From: Carboxydocellales bacterium
GTDB lineage: Bacteria; Bacillota; GCA-003054495; Carboxydocellales; JAJZTU01
Reading direction: 5' to 3'
Length of the DNA: 64,000 bases
NCBI GenBank assembly: GCA_049302075.1
Contig: JBAQLS010000046.1
Span: 148,436-212,435 of the forward strand
Shown here: in pieces, positions 19,670 to 29,695 of the stretch
Numbering within the stretch: position 1 is the first letter of the stretch
How the letters are laid out: each line of letters starts with the position of its first letter
Notes under the pieces: model-generated
Seen by the model: the letters and a program-made list of their open reading frames with translations, nothing else
Database searches by the model: none
Told to the model about the DNA's origin: nothing
Program-made: the position numbers and the translations under genes

Positions 19670-20596
19670 TTAGTTTAGTTTTAGAATTTCTGGAGTAAAC
19701 TCTAGCTCTCTAAACATATCTTGGGTTTGCCCAGAGGCTTGCGCCAACGGCTGCCCAAGCTCTAACTGTTCTGAGGCTGCTCCGTAAATAACCCGCAGCA
19801 CCCCTTCCCAAACATTAGCTGCCAGCGCCCGACCGGCTAGCATGGGAGCGGTGGTTATTAACAGGCTGACACCCCGTTGTTTTAGTAATCGCACATCTTC
19901 CGGGCGTACTGTACTGGTGATGATTATTTTATCATGCAAATTAGCCGGTAGGTGGCGGTAAATAAAGTGAAAATCCCCGGCAATGACCTGAGCCCAGTGA
20001 TAATACTTTTGGAAGCGAGGGACAATGGTATTTTGCTTTTCCCCCAAAGGGTATAAATAAGCTAAAGGTAGTAGGCGCAACACCGGTAAAGTAAGCTTCG
20101 CCATAAAATTAAACAGAGCCAGACTGTGAAAAGCCACCGGCAATCCTAGCCCAAACATAGCATCTCCCACCACAAGGGGACATCCCAACTGGGTAAAGAT
20201 TTTGGCCATGGTTGGTCTGTCCAGAGCCGACACCAGTAACACCCGTTTACCCTTAAGCTGCACTTCCCCAGCTGTAGCCAATTCAGCGATTACCTGGGGC
20301 TCCCAATAATTTTTAACCCAACTACCATCCATCAAAGGAGTGTGCTTAACAGCTGCCGCCAGCCTTTGCCCCATGGGCATGGGGAAAGCCTTGTGCCCAG
20401 CATAGTAAAAGCGATTTACACCCCCCAGGCATAACACATCTACTTTTCCGTCCAACTTCCGGAGCAGTTCCACCGCTGCAGCCACATTTCCGTCAGTCCC
20501 CACCCGTTCAATTTGGATTTCCCTACCCCTTAATGTTAAGGTATGTTGAAAATCCCCCCGGGGTGAACCGAGACTAACACTGACCACTCTTGGCAA
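19670..20596 (-). CDS. Conserved hypothetical protein (possible Rossmann-like, unknown function)
   Basis: 308-aa ORF with good coding character and 4-nt overlap with the downstream gene. I recognise no family. Confidence 0.4.
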   Translation of the reverse strand: MPRVVSVSLGSPRGDFQHTLTLRGREIQIERVGTDGNVAAAVELLRKLDGKVDVLCLGGVNRFYYAGHKAFPMPMGQRLAAAVKHTPLMDGSWVKNYWEPQVIAELATAGEVQLKGKRVLLVSALDRPTMAKIFTQLGCPLVVGDAMFGLGLPVAFHSLALFNFMAKLTLPVLRLLPLAYLYPLGEKQNTIVPRFQKYYHWAQVIAGDFHFIYRHLPANLHDKIIITSTVRPEDVRLLKQRGVSLLITTAPMLAGRALAANVWEGVLRVIYGAASEQLELGQPLAQASGQTQDMFRELEFTPEILKLN

Positions 20597-20599
20597 CCC

Positions 20600-21115
20600 T
20601 TACCCCTCCCTAGTGACCGGCCATTTATTTAAATGCTGTTCCAATACCAGCTGTAAGGTTAGGGAAGGCTGGATAAACACTGCTTTGTACTCCGCTGCTA
20701 TGTGCCCCGCAGCATTGTTTCCAACCCTTCCGAAAATTATTACCGTCACTTCCTTGGACCCCCCAAGTTTAGGAACAGCTTGAATTCTTTGATGCTGAAT
20801 TTCCCTTAAGGCTGTGCTCTTAACCAGTTCCCGAAAAGTACCTCGGTAAACTCCCTTTATTCCGGCTAAGGGAATATGAATCAGCACAGTTTCCCTTTGT
20901 TTAAGCAATAATTGGTCAATAGTTAACACATAACTAGTCTGGAGCCTATTCACTAGATTCCTCACTTCAAACAAAAGATTAGCCCCAATTAGGGCTAACC
21001 AGTACCAAGCCCCTCCCAGAGCAGCAAATAGTATTAGCATACCGGCCCAAAGGGCTATACCAACCAACTGGCGCCTGGTTGCGGTTAATTTTTCCTCATG
21101 GACAAATGTATCCAT
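20600..21115 (-). CDS. Hypothetical membrane protein (2 TM plus a possible bacterial PH-like domain)
   Basis: 171 aa. N-terminal hydrophobic hairpin (LVGIALWAGMLILFAALGGAWYWLALIGANLL) then a soluble domain. Confidence 0.4.
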   Translation of the reverse strand: MDTFVHEEKLTATRRQLVGIALWAGMLILFAALGGAWYWLALIGANLLFEVRNLVNRLQTSYVLTIDQLLLKQRETVLIHIPLAGIKGVYRGTFRELVKSTALREIQHQRIQAVPKLGGSKEVTVIIFGRVGNNAAGHIAAEYKAVFIQPSLTLQLVLEQHLNKWPVTREG

Positions 21116-21164
21116 TAATCCACCCCTAAGTTACCTAAGTAAAGAAAAAGAGGCTTACGCCTCT

Positions 21165-21362
21165 TTACCCGTTAATTGCATCATTTAAATCCTGCATAAG
21201 TTTGTCAATATCAATTCCGTGGGCTAGGCCACCCTGTTCAATATTTTCAAATCTTGCTGCTGCACAGCCAAAGCATCCCATTCCGTGGGCTTGAAAAACC
21301 GGGATAGTTTGGGGATATTTGGCCACCACTTCGCCTATTCCCATTTCTTTGGAGATTTTCAC
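21165..21362 (-). CDS. DUF1858-domain protein (hybrid-cluster-protein-associated redox disulfide family)
   Basis: 65 aa. TIGEVVAKYPQTIPVFQAHGMGCFGC resembles the conserved DUF1858 core. Confidence 0.6.
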   Translation of the reverse strand: MKISKEMGIGEVVAKYPQTIPVFQAHGMGCFGCAAARFENIEQGGLAHGIDIDKLMQDLNDAING

Positions 21363-21430
21363 GGCTATTTCCCCCTTTCTTTATCAAAATTGTAGCATAG
21401 GCATTGCAAGAAATCAAACATAGAATTTTA

Positions 21431-21553
21431 CAGGCTGTTGAAATTCCCCGTCCAGCGTTGTCAGCAGAATCGCCAAGATCCTCAACGTACAGCCAGTACG
21501 CCTGCGGCCTTGGCGATTCTGCTTCCTAGCTGGACGAGTTTTTCAACAGCCTG
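21431..21553 (-). repeat. Near-palindromic structured repeat, family 2, copy A (~123 nt, inverted relative to the other copies)
   Basis: caggctgttgaaattccccgtccagc...ccaaggccgcaggcgtactggctgtacgttgagg...gctggacgagtttttcaacagcctg. Shares core and ends with copies at 32684, 47316, 51871 and 57943. Flanked by a 16-bp direct repeat aaacatagaattttac (21414-21429 and 21594-21609). Confidence 0.7.
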
Positions 21554-21607
21554 CCTGGGGTCATAGCTTTCCGCCTAGCTCCGCTAGACGCATTGAAACA
21601 TAGAATT

Positions 21608-23572
21608 TTACTTTTCCTTGGCACGCTCCATAACTGCCTTCCAGATTCTCGCTGGATAGGACCCACCCACAACTCCCTGTAGATAATGCTTCCGGTCAGT
21701 CCGGTCATAACCCACCCAGACTGCAGCAACTAACTCCGGGGTATAGCCAACAAACCAGGCATCCTTATTACCCTTAATGCCCCGAAACTCCGGGGTGTTC
21801 GGTAGTTGGGTAGTTCCTGTCTTGCCGGCCGCCGAAAAATTATACCTAGCTGTTATAATAGCGTCTTGCCCAGCACCTCGCCCAATGGCTTGCCCATATA
21901 CTGCTGCCTCCACCGTCAATCTGGCCTCACGTCCGGTGCCGGAGTTTACTGCTTCCGCTAATAAACCGGTCATCTTTTGGGCGGTATCCTCAGTTATCAC
22001 CTGTTCCACCCTCAGTTTTTTCCCTTTAATCTCCAGTCCATTACTACCCACCAACCGTATAATTGTAGTTGGTTCTCGGTATATTCCCTCAGCCCCAAAA
22101 GTACCAAAGGCAGCCGCCATTTGATAAGGAGAAACTCCCCCTGTTAAACCCCCCAGAGCCAAAGACAGGTTGCGGTCCCCTTCCACTAAGGGCAAGCCTA
22201 GTCCAACTCCCATCCGAAAACCGGAGTTTACCCCAATCTCCTTCAACAGCTTAACTGCATATACATTGACCGAATTACGCAAAGCAAAGGTCATATCCAT
22301 GGAGCCATAACTATGACCCCCATAATTCTGAGGTCTGTAACCCCCTAAAGCGGTAATGCTATCATCCAGACGGTAACTGACCGGGTAGCCTTTTTCTAAG
22401 GCTGGAGCATAGACTACCAATGGTTTAATGGTCGAACCCGGTTGACGTTTTAACTGAGTTGCCCGGTTAAAAGCCCGGACTGTAGGATAATCCCGCCCTC
22501 CCACTAAAGCCCGTACTTCCCCTAGATGATAGTCCACCACTGCAATCGCCCCCTGAACCTGGACTCCATTCACACCGGCTGGAAACTGGCTGCCATCTGC
22601 CAGCACTGCCTCTGCCGCTCCTTGCACTTTGGGATCCAGGGAGGAATAAATGCTGTAACCTCCGGTATATAGCTGTTCCTCTTCAATCCCATATCTATCC
22701 CGGGCTTCCCGGATAACCTGATCCACAAAATAGGGAAACCGGTAACCCGCCAAATTCCTCAGCCCCACCACCTGAACGGCCGCGGCCCTGGCCTTATCTG
22801 CATCCATTGGAGGAATCAGCCCATAACCCTCCATTAAGGTGAGCACCAAATTCCTTCTGATTGCAGCAGCCTGCATATTGCGGTAGGGTGAATAAAGTCC
22901 CGGATTTTTGGCAATCCCGGCCAACAAAGCTGCCTCTTCCGGTTTTAGCTTGTCTACATCTTTGCCATAATAAAGCCGGGAAGCTGCTTGCACTCCATAA
23001 ACCCCGTGACCAAAATAAATCCGGTTTAAATACAGCCCTAGAATTTCGTCCTTAGAATATCTTAACTCTAGCTCTCTAGCCATCACTAACTCTTTGAGCT
23101 TTCGTTGCCAGGTCTTCTCCTTTGAAAGAAAAGCATTGCGGGCTAACTGCTGCGTGATGGTGCTCCCGCCTTGGGACAGTTCTTCCTCCCGAATATTTAC
23201 TAGTGCAGCCCTGGCAATCCCAATTACATCTAAGCCGGGATGGTCATAAAAGCGAACATCTTCCACCGCAAGAAAGGCATCTTTTAACTGTTGAGGAATA
23301 TGGTCATACTTAACAACCACCCTATTTTCCGGGCCATGAAGCTGGGCGATTAACATCCCCGTCCGGTCATAAACCATGGTGTTACTAGCCGCCACCAAGT
23401 CCCCATTAACCCATTGGTGTTTGTACTGCTCATAAAAAGCCATCCCCAGCCCTGTAACCATGGCCCCAACTGCCAACAGGCTAAAGATAATCAACAGTAT
23501 CAAGCCTAGGACCAGCTGCTTAAAGGATACTTTACTCCGCTGTGACTTGTGCCCCATCTGTCGTTGCCCCAT
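21608..23572 (-). CDS. Class A penicillin-binding protein (PBP1A-type, bifunctional glycosyltransferase/transpeptidase)
   Basis: GT51 motifs (EDVRFYDHPGLD, RQGGSTITQQL), then transpeptidase STIK...KTGTT. The ORF runs to 23728 through the family-1 repeat. The ATG at 23572 (MGQRQMGHKSQRS... then TM) is the likelier start. Confidence 0.85.
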   Translation of the reverse strand: MGQRQMGHKSQRSKVSFKQLVLGLILLIIFSLLAVGAMVTGLGMAFYEQYKHQWVNGDLVAASNTMVYDRTGMLIAQLHGPENRVVVKYDHIPQQLKDAFLAVEDVRFYDHPGLDVIGIARAALVNIREEELSQGGSTITQQLARNAFLSKEKTWQRKLKELVMARELELRYSKDEILGLYLNRIYFGHGVYGVQAASRLYYGKDVDKLKPEEAALLAGIAKNPGLYSPYRNMQAAAIRRNLVLTLMEGYGLIPPMDADKARAAAVQVVGLRNLAGYRFPYFVDQVIREARDRYGIEEEQLYTGGYSIYSSLDPKVQGAAEAVLADGSQFPAGVNGVQVQGAIAVVDYHLGEVRALVGGRDYPTVRAFNRATQLKRQPGSTIKPLVVYAPALEKGYPVSYRLDDSITALGGYRPQNYGGHSYGSMDMTFALRNSVNVYAVKLLKEIGVNSGFRMGVGLGLPLVEGDRNLSLALGGLTGGVSPYQMAAAFGTFGAEGIYREPTTIIRLVGSNGLEIKGKKLRVEQVITEDTAQKMTGLLAEAVNSGTGREARLTVEAAVYGQAIGRGAGQDAIITARYNFSAAGKTGTTQLPNTPEFRGIKGNKDAWFVGYTPELVAAVWVGYDRTDRKHYLQGVVGGSYPARIWKAVMERAKEK

Positions 23573-23645
23573 TTCCCATGTATGTTCAAGCTTGATTTTA
23601 TCATAAAAAAACAACCAAGACATGTTCTGAGTTGAAAAACATTGA

Positions 23646-23869
23646 CCGGTCGGATACAGGTCCCGGCTGGGTGCTCTTAGTTCCATGCTTAGCGGCTCTA
23701 AGCTGGTTTGGATAATAAAATTGACCAACCTCGACGATACGGCATCCTTGCCTAGGCGTTGAGGTTTCCGACGTCCTTGTCGGAAAGGTCGATTTTATTA
23801 CCCAACTGCGCTAAGAGCCGCTACGGCACTCCACCATGAGCACCCCACCGGAACCGGTATCCGACCTGG
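23646..23869 (+). repeat. Structured interspersed repeat, family 1, copy 2
   Basis: Same architecture as 315-538. Outer stem ggtcggatac / gtatccgacc. Inner hairpin stems carry two G-U pairs when read on the + strand. Confidence 0.7.
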
Positions 23870-23920
23870 CGGGTTTTTGGGGAGATGGCGGGGTGGGGTA
23901 TTTAGATAAAGCCGGGGTTG

Positions 23921-26413
23921 CTATGGCCGCCCATGACGGCGTCCTTTGTCCTTATCTCTATCATTAGGAAGATTGCCATCTGTGCTGCCTGAGAGGGGTG
24001 GTGTAGTATCGCTAGTAATGCCGCCAGGCGACCCCAAAGGATCTGTAACTCCTGTAGGGTCGGTGGAACCTGAGTCATTGGGAACTTTTCCTCCTGTTGG
24101 ACCTCCGGCCCCACTACCGTGGCTGACTATATCCCCAGCATTACCAGTACCTCCATCGGTTCCCGAATTACCTGGACTTCCTGGGCTACCAGGACTCCCT
24201 ATTGTTCCCGTATTGCCTGAATTACCTGTATTACCTGTATTACCTGAATTAACCGTATTGCCGGTACTGCCATTTGCCCCGGTAGTGTTTTGCTCCCCGG
24301 TGGGTTTTCCTCCCCCTGGGGTCTGCTGACCTTTGCTCCCAGGCGAAACGCCCTCCCCCTGGCCAGAGTGCCTAGCCAGTTCTTCCGGTGATAGTGAATC
24401 CCAGACCCGAACATCCTTACGGTAGATGAATTTCCCTTGATACTTGGGGAAACTCTTTTTAGGTACGCCGGCTAAGGCTTGTTCCATCACCTTTTTCCAT
24501 AGCACTGCCGGATATGAACCGCCAACTACGCCCCGCAGGTAATGGGCTGTATCGGTGCGGTCATAGCCAATCCATACCGCTGCAACCAGTTCGGGTGTAT
24601 AACCGACAAACCAAGCATCCTTATTACCGCTGATTTTTTTAAATTCCGGGCTGTCGGGAAGCTGGGTGGTACCCGTCTTTCCGGCCACGGGTCGATCCAA
24701 CCTGGCCCTGGTCCCTGTTCCTCCTCGGACTACCTCTTGGAGCATTTCCGTCATTACTGCAGCGGTATGGGAATGCATTACTTTATTTACTTTGGGCAGG
24801 TCGTCAAAAACCACCGCCCCGGAGTAATCAGTAATCTTCACTATGGCGTGAGGCTCCACTTGAATTCCCTGGTTGGCAAAAGCCCCATAGGCTGAGGCCA
24901 TTTGCAGCGGTGAAACCCCGTGGGTCAGTCCGCCTAGAGCCAAGGGCAGTACTTTGTCCGAGGGTACCAGTTCAAAGCCTAACTTGCAGGCAAAATTATA
25001 GCCTGTTTCCAGCCCAATTTTAGCTAATAATTTTACCGCACAAATATTAACTGAATACTTCAGCGCTGAAGCCATGGTCATATACCCTCGAGAACCACCG
25101 CTATAGTTTTCCGGCGCATATTTCCCAAAACGAACGGGAAAATCATCCAGCAGCATATAAGGAGGGTACTTGGCCTCCAAAGCTGGTCCGTACACTGCTA
25201 TCGGCTTAAAGGTTGACCCAGGCTGACGCCGGGAGTCTACCGCCCGGTTAAAGCCCCGCTTGACATCATAGCCTCTGCCCCCTACTAAAGCTTTGATTTC
25301 TCCATTATTATAATCCAACACAGCAACCGCGCCCTGTACTGGCAGCTTATCTGGGCCTGTGGATGGAAAATTATAATTGTACGACCACACCGTCTGAGCA
25401 GCCTGCTGAACTTTGCTATCCAGAGCGGTGTAAATCCTCAACCCCCCGCCGTAAACCTCTTTTTCACTGATTCCCAGGCGCTTCCCGGCCTCATCTACCA
25501 CAGCATCCACATAATAAGGATACTCATAGGGATTGTTCAGCGGGGTGGAAGCTAATTTGCAGCCATCCAGTTTAGCCTGCTCTTCCTGCTTCTTAGTAAT
25601 AAACTCGTTTTCCTCCATTAGACTGAGGACAGTCTCCATCCTTTGCCTGGCCTCCTCCGGCTCCCGAAAGGGGGAATACCGATTAGGCGCTTTTAGTAAA
25701 CCAGCTAAAACAGCAGCCTCCGGCAGGTTTAAGTCCTTGGCAGTTTTGCCAAAATAAGTCCGGGCGGCAGCCTCCAAGCCATAAGCCCCATGGCCAAAAT
25801 AAATGCGGGTCAGGTACATATTTAAAATCTCTTCCTTGGAATACTTCTTCTCTAGTTCCAGAGCCAAAAGAACTTCTTTGATTTTGCGATTATAGGTTTT
25901 CTCCGGGGTTAGCAGGGAGTTTTTCACCAACTGCTGGGTAATAGTACTGGCCCCTTCGACAATCCGCCCCTCCCGGAAGTTAGCTACCATGGCTCTAACC
26001 ACAGCTTCCAGATCAACCCCCATATGATGATAAAAGCGCACATCCTCAGTAGCTACAAAAGCATCCTTCACCACCTGGGGCAGCTCCCCAGGCAATGGCA
26101 GGCGGTCCTCCACCCCTTTAAGTATGGCAATGACCCTGCCATCCCGATCATAGATGATGGTATTAAAAGCTGTAGCCAAGTCCGCCGCAGTCCAAGCCGG
26201 AGTGGCCGGAAGGGCCATGGCTACTACTATGTATCCTAAGAAAAAAGCAAGCAGCAGAGTAAAGAAAAAAACGCCCGTCCCCCCCGATAGCATAAACCTT
26301 TTACCCTTTTTGTCCTTTGACTTATCCGTTTGCTTAACCGTTGACGTATCTGTCGACTTACCTGTTGGCTTATCTGTTGGCTTATCTGTTGGCTTATCTG
26401 TTGGTTCAACCAT
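23921..26413 (-). CDS. Class A penicillin-binding protein (second PBP1A paralog) with Lys/Thr/Asp-rich N-terminal tail and Gly/Ser/Thr/Asn-rich C-terminal tail
   Basis: GT51 (EDVRFYHHMGVD, GASTITQQL) plus transpeptidase (STFK, KTGTT). ATG at 26413 follows an AAGGGGTGAG SD. 12-bp tandem repeats at ~26344-26403 encode (PTDK)n. The ~190-aa C-terminal tail is low complexity. Confidence 0.85.
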   Translation of the reverse strand: MVEPTDKPTDKPTDKPTGKSTDTSTVKQTDKSKDKKGKRFMLSGGTGVFFFTLLLAFFLGYIVVAMALPATPAWTAADLATAFNTIIYDRDGRVIAILKGVEDRLPLPGELPQVVKDAFVATEDVRFYHHMGVDLEAVVRAMVANFREGRIVEGASTITQQLVKNSLLTPEKTYNRKIKEVLLALELEKKYSKEEILNMYLTRIYFGHGAYGLEAAARTYFGKTAKDLNLPEAAVLAGLLKAPNRYSPFREPEEARQRMETVLSLMEENEFITKKQEEQAKLDGCKLASTPLNNPYEYPYYVDAVVDEAGKRLGISEKEVYGGGLRIYTALDSKVQQAAQTVWSYNYNFPSTGPDKLPVQGAVAVLDYNNGEIKALVGGRGYDVKRGFNRAVDSRRQPGSTFKPIAVYGPALEAKYPPYMLLDDFPVRFGKYAPENYSGGSRGYMTMASALKYSVNICAVKLLAKIGLETGYNFACKLGFELVPSDKVLPLALGGLTHGVSPLQMASAYGAFANQGIQVEPHAIVKITDYSGAVVFDDLPKVNKVMHSHTAAVMTEMLQEVVRGGTGTRARLDRPVAGKTGTTQLPDSPEFKKISGNKDAWFVGYTPELVAAVWIGYDRTDTAHYLRGVVGGSYPAVLWKKVMEQALAGVPKKSFPKYQGKFIYRKDVRVWDSLSPEELARHSGQGEGVSPGSKGQQTPGGGKPTGEQNTTGANGSTGNTVNSGNTGNTGNSGNTGTIGSPGSPGSPGNSGTDGGTGNAGDIVSHGSGAGGPTGGKVPNDSGSTDPTGVTDPLGSPGGITSDTTPPLSGSTDGNLPNDRDKDKGRRHGRP

Positions 26414-26810
26414 TAGCTCACCCCTTATCCCGGTGCACAAAAAAAACCGGACAATAATGAGCATAACAGTAAATATCTGTAAAATCAAACATAATTATCC
26501 TGCAAAAAACACAAAAAAAAGCAACCCTCACCAGTTCCCCCTTTTTTCCAAGCCATAGCCTTCCCTTTCAAAAATCGCTTATGAAAAAGCATATCCCAAA
26601 TTTAGATAAAAACGCAACCCCTCTAGCCTATTGTTATAGTCATCAAAATGCCAGCTCAAAACTAATGATAAAACTGTCTCTTAAGGTAGTTATTAAAAAT
26701 TTCTCCAGAAGTTTTCTCACAACCCGTAAAGGTTGTGTTTGCGCTTTTCAACCCTTATGGGTTGTCCTATTATAATTAAATAGTCATGTTCGAACAGTCC
26801 GTCCCCCTCC

Positions 26811-27902
26811 CTAGCCAACTATAACTTTCCTGGCCAGCATATCCACAAAGGCCTCAACTCTAGTTTTCATGCCCACATCAGAGGAATTCTCATCCACCAC
26901 CAGATTTAGCACCGGTATCCCGCAAGTGGCGCTAACTTTAGGCAAAATACCTTTGGCCACAATCTCCGGCATACAGGTCAGGGGCAAAATCTGAATCACC
27001 CCGTCATAACCCTGCGCAGCATAGTTTACCGTATTGCCCACAGAATCCAGTCCGTGTCCCCCCACCGTTGAGCCTAAAAAAGGCCGAGCCGCCCGAAGCA
27101 GACCCTTCCCGTAGCTGGTGCGTTCTAAGCCAATCAGATTAGTGCTTACCCAGTGGGATAGGTAAATTGACCGGGTCACTTCCACCCCCAGCTCACCTAA
27201 AAACTCTTCAATATGGGCATTACATACCGGTTCCAACAGCATATAAATATCCCCTACCAGACCAATCTTGAGGGGCCTGGCTTTATTTTTAGATTGGCCT
27301 TTTTCCGCCTTCAGCAGGTGGTTCAAAGCTCCCAAAGCCTCTGCCCGGCATTGCTCTACATCCCCGCTGGATTTGGCTTCCGCTAAGCTCTCCAGAAACT
27401 CTTGATAAATCCGGCTAGTTGCCCCACGCTCTTGCTCCCATGGCCTAACCAGGTGAGTTTCCCCTTCCACCCCATCCATAGCCTTTAGCATGGACCAGCC
27501 TAAGCGAATAGCCTGTCCCACCTCCGGCCAAGACTTGCCTCCAGCCTGTTGACGCAGGTGGTCAATATTAGCCTTAAAATTGCCCTTTTCCAAAATGAGC
27601 ATCGGGAAATTATAGCCCAAGTCTTGGAGAATAGCCTGATGCAGCCTGCCAAAATAGCCGAACCGGCAAGGCCCGGAGCCTCCCAGCATGACAATGGTAT
27701 CTGCTCCTAGCTCAAAGGCCTGGAGATAGTTGCCTAAATTAATCTTAAAAGGCAGACAAGCTCCCTCCCGGGCATACTTGCTGCCTAAGGCGATAGTTTG
27801 CTGATTAGTCTTGGGGGGGAGAATAACCTCCAACTCAAGTGCTTCAAACATAGCTTTTAAGGCAATGGCCAGATTGCCCATGTGGGGAAAGGTGATTTTC
27901 AT
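26811..27902 (-). CDS. DUF2229 'CoA-substrate-specific enzyme activase' domain protein (solitary paralog of 33746-34843)
   Basis: MKITFPHMGNLAIALKAMFEALELEVILPP...GGSGPCRFGYFGRL is a clear paralog of MKVTFPYMGTSHIAFKHLVNNLGHQALVPP...GGNGPCRAGIYGML. Confidence 0.6.
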   Translation of the reverse strand: MKITFPHMGNLAIALKAMFEALELEVILPPKTNQQTIALGSKYAREGACLPFKINLGNYLQAFELGADTIVMLGGSGPCRFGYFGRLHQAILQDLGYNFPMLILEKGNFKANIDHLRQQAGGKSWPEVGQAIRLGWSMLKAMDGVEGETHLVRPWEQERGATSRIYQEFLESLAEAKSSGDVEQCRAEALGALNHLLKAEKGQSKNKARPLKIGLVGDIYMLLEPVCNAHIEEFLGELGVEVTRSIYLSHWVSTNLIGLERTSYGKGLLRAARPFLGSTVGGHGLDSVGNTVNYAAQGYDGVIQILPLTCMPEIVAKGILPKVSATCGIPVLNLVVDENSSDVGMKTRVEAFVDMLARKVIVG

Positions 27903-27977
27903 GGTATTCCTCCGGTTATAAGGGGTCTACCATGTAATATTACCCAAGGGGGTGGGGGGTTAAACTTGGTAAATAAA

Positions 27978-28020
27978 AATCCAGAAAAAAGAAAACGCCA
28001 AACACTTTTCGTTTGGCGTT
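27978..28020 (-). terminator. Rho-independent terminator at the left edge of the AT-rich island
   Basis: aacgccaaac / gtttggcgtt stem with a T-run on the minus strand (A-run 27981-27990 on +). Confidence 0.6.
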
Positions 28021-28102
28021 CATGATGAATCAGCTACGTTAGTTGCTACCCTGCAGCATTTTCCTGCTGATCTTTTTGCTCATCTTCATCTTATGTAATT
28101 TC

Positions 28103-28492
28103 CTAGGTAAGCTGAAGTTTTTGATGTACAAAATTCATCACATGGTCAGCATCAACAACAGCTTTTTGCATATCGCTTTCTAAAATTTCAATCTCAAAAG
28201 GATATCTTGGCTGTACACCATATGGCGTAAGATTTACACAAGATTGACTTATCTCATCAAAGGTTTCATCAATATCGGCACACATTTTACATATTAATCT
28301 TAAGTCGTGAGTCCTAGGTGGCTCTACATCTTGATGTATAAGATAGCCTTTTAGCACTTTCTCTGCTGCTTGCTCACAGTGATAGCAAATGATTTCTATG
28401 GGAACCGGGCGCATATCTAAGAGATACTTTGCACAGCTGATATCTTTGTTTGCAAAATCAAGCCATTCTTTGACTATGTTGATTTTGTCCAT
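28103..28492 (-). CDS. HEPN-domain protein (toxin component of HEPN/MNT pair)
   Basis: 129 aa, all-helical. AEKVLKGYLIHQDVEPPRTHDLRLI fits the HEPN R-x(4-6)-H region. Overlaps the upstream MNT gene by 35 nt. Confidence 0.8.
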   Translation of the reverse strand: MDKINIVKEWLDFANKDISCAKYLLDMRPVPIEIICYHCEQAAEKVLKGYLIHQDVEPPRTHDLRLICKMCADIDETFDEISQSCVNLTPYGVQPRYPFEIEILESDMQKAVVDADHVMNFVHQKLQLT

Positions 28493-28805
28493 GCAGCATC
28501 ACCCCATCTCTGGCAACTGTTCTTTCGATAGTAGGCAACAGCTTGCGCTGATGAAAATTACTGGCTCTGCTTACGAGGATATCAATTGGCTTCTTTTGTT
28601 CTTTGTAGATGGCACTGCCAATGAGCTGCATGGCTTCAATTGGACGAATGCCGCCATCAGGAATCACTATATAAAGGTCGAAATCACTATCTTCTGAGGG
28701 CGTACCATAAGCATAGGAGCCAAAGAGGTATATCGCATCGGCTTCAACTGTATTCAGAATCGTTTGCTTAATATTTTCCAACTCATTGCTCGTTTGGATA
28801 TTCAT
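28458..28805 (-). CDS. Minimal nucleotidyltransferase (MNT; antitoxin component of HEPN/MNT pair)
   Basis: IYLFGSYAYGTPSEDSDFDLYIVIP is the GS...DxD polymerase-beta-type nucleotidyltransferase motif. Confidence 0.85.
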   Translation of the reverse strand: MNIQTSNELENIKQTILNTVEADAIYLFGSYAYGTPSEDSDFDLYIVIPDGGIRPIEAMQLIGSAIYKEQKKPIDILVSRASNFHQRKLLPTIERTVARDGVMLHGQNQHSQRMA

Positions 28806-29227
28806 ATCATCACCTACTTTATATGCTAATTATATCCATTTCCAAACTTTCGTCAAGCCAAGACGGTTAAGCATTTTGGTTTTTATACTCACGCAATACA
28901 GCCTCATTAGCCCGGAACAGATGGGCAGCAAGTTCTGTGCTGCCCATCTGTTCAAGTATTTTTTTCTTTTTCTCTAAGCCTTTTCGTTTATGTAGTATTG
29001 GAGCCTATCTCAACCATTTTCATGACGTCACGAAAATGGTCTACCATATTGATATTGCTGTTTTCACAGGCTTCCTTGGCTTTTTCTATAACATTATAGA
29101 AATTTTCCCAGCGGGCATATTCAAGAACAGGAGCCAATTCCCTTGCCAGCCAATATTCCTCTCCATATTCATTAAGGTGCTTAATTTCCTCAAAGGTTTT
29201 ATCGCTATACCTCTGAATATTACTCAT
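28806..29227 (-). pseudogene. DinD-like (DNA-damage-inducible protein D) gene, truncated/frameshifted
   Basis: 28988-29227 encodes the DinD N-terminus (FEEIKHLNEYGEEYWLARELAPVLEYARWENFYNVIEKAKEACENS...) and then stops. A DinD-like continuation (LEQMGSTELAAHLFRANEAVLREY) sits in another frame. A 13-bp perfect palindrome lies at 28918-28950. Confidence 0.5.
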
Positions 29228-29329
29228 GATCCCAACTCCTTGAGATACTTGGCCATTTGTGCTTCGACCAAACCTTACTATTTTTTGGTAAATTTTACAT
29301 ACAAAGATTTTAAAAGGTACTGTAGTGAT

Positions 29330-29599
29330 TTACTGCGGTCGGTAACCTATTTGCACTTCCCTAGTCAACTGCTTCCATGTTTTGCTCAGAAGGGTGTTGC
29401 CTTCTCCGCCCAGCAAATGCTTGAATGGATCAGGAAAGCCAGGGTCCCGAGGTTCCTCCAAGATGATTGTCCATCTCAGCCTCCGGAATTTGCTATAGGG
29501 AAAAATATCCCTCAGCTGGTTGGACACATCGTCCATGGTCTTACATCCCTTGGCCAACTCTCGAATCGTCTTGTTTGAATATCTTGCATAAATGATCAC
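29330..29599 (-). CDS. Hypothetical protein, possibly a mobile-element gene fragment
   Basis: 89-aa ORF in the AT-rich island. No confident family assignment. Confidence 0.25.
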   Translation of the reverse strand: MIIYARYSNKTIRELAKGCKTMDDVSNQLRDIFPYSKFRRLRWTIILEEPRDPGFPDPFKHLLGGEGNTLLSKTWKQLTREVQIGYRPQ

Positions 29600-29695
29600 T
29601 CTCCTTAAAGGAAATTATAACCACCTGCACAAAACTCAAAACGTTCTCCAAAATTATTGGCACACCCCTTACCCGTTGTTGCATTAAGCTTCACA

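Noticed and set aside
23573-23728. N-terminal extension of the PBP1A ORF (MVNFIIQTSLEPLSMELRAPSRDLYPTGQ...)
   Set aside because: The MELRAPSRD segment is a translation of the family-1 repeat. The same pseudo-peptide (MELRVPNRD) appears in the spurious 259-543 ORF. The real start is most likely the ATG at 23572.
23946-24414. Pro-Leu-rich ORF (PELPGLPGLPGLPIVPVLPELPVLPVLPELTVLPVLP) and 24199-24414 ORF antisense to the PBP tail
   Set aside because: Artefacts of the 9-bp tandem repeats encoding the G/S/T/N-rich tail on the other strand.
29330-29599. Calling the 89-aa island ORF a serine recombinase (MIIYARYS resembles MxIGYARVS)
   Set aside because: It lacks the catalytic S-x-DQ context and the rest of the resolvase domain, so the resemblance is superficial. 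Kept only as a hypothetical or possible mobile-gene fragment.
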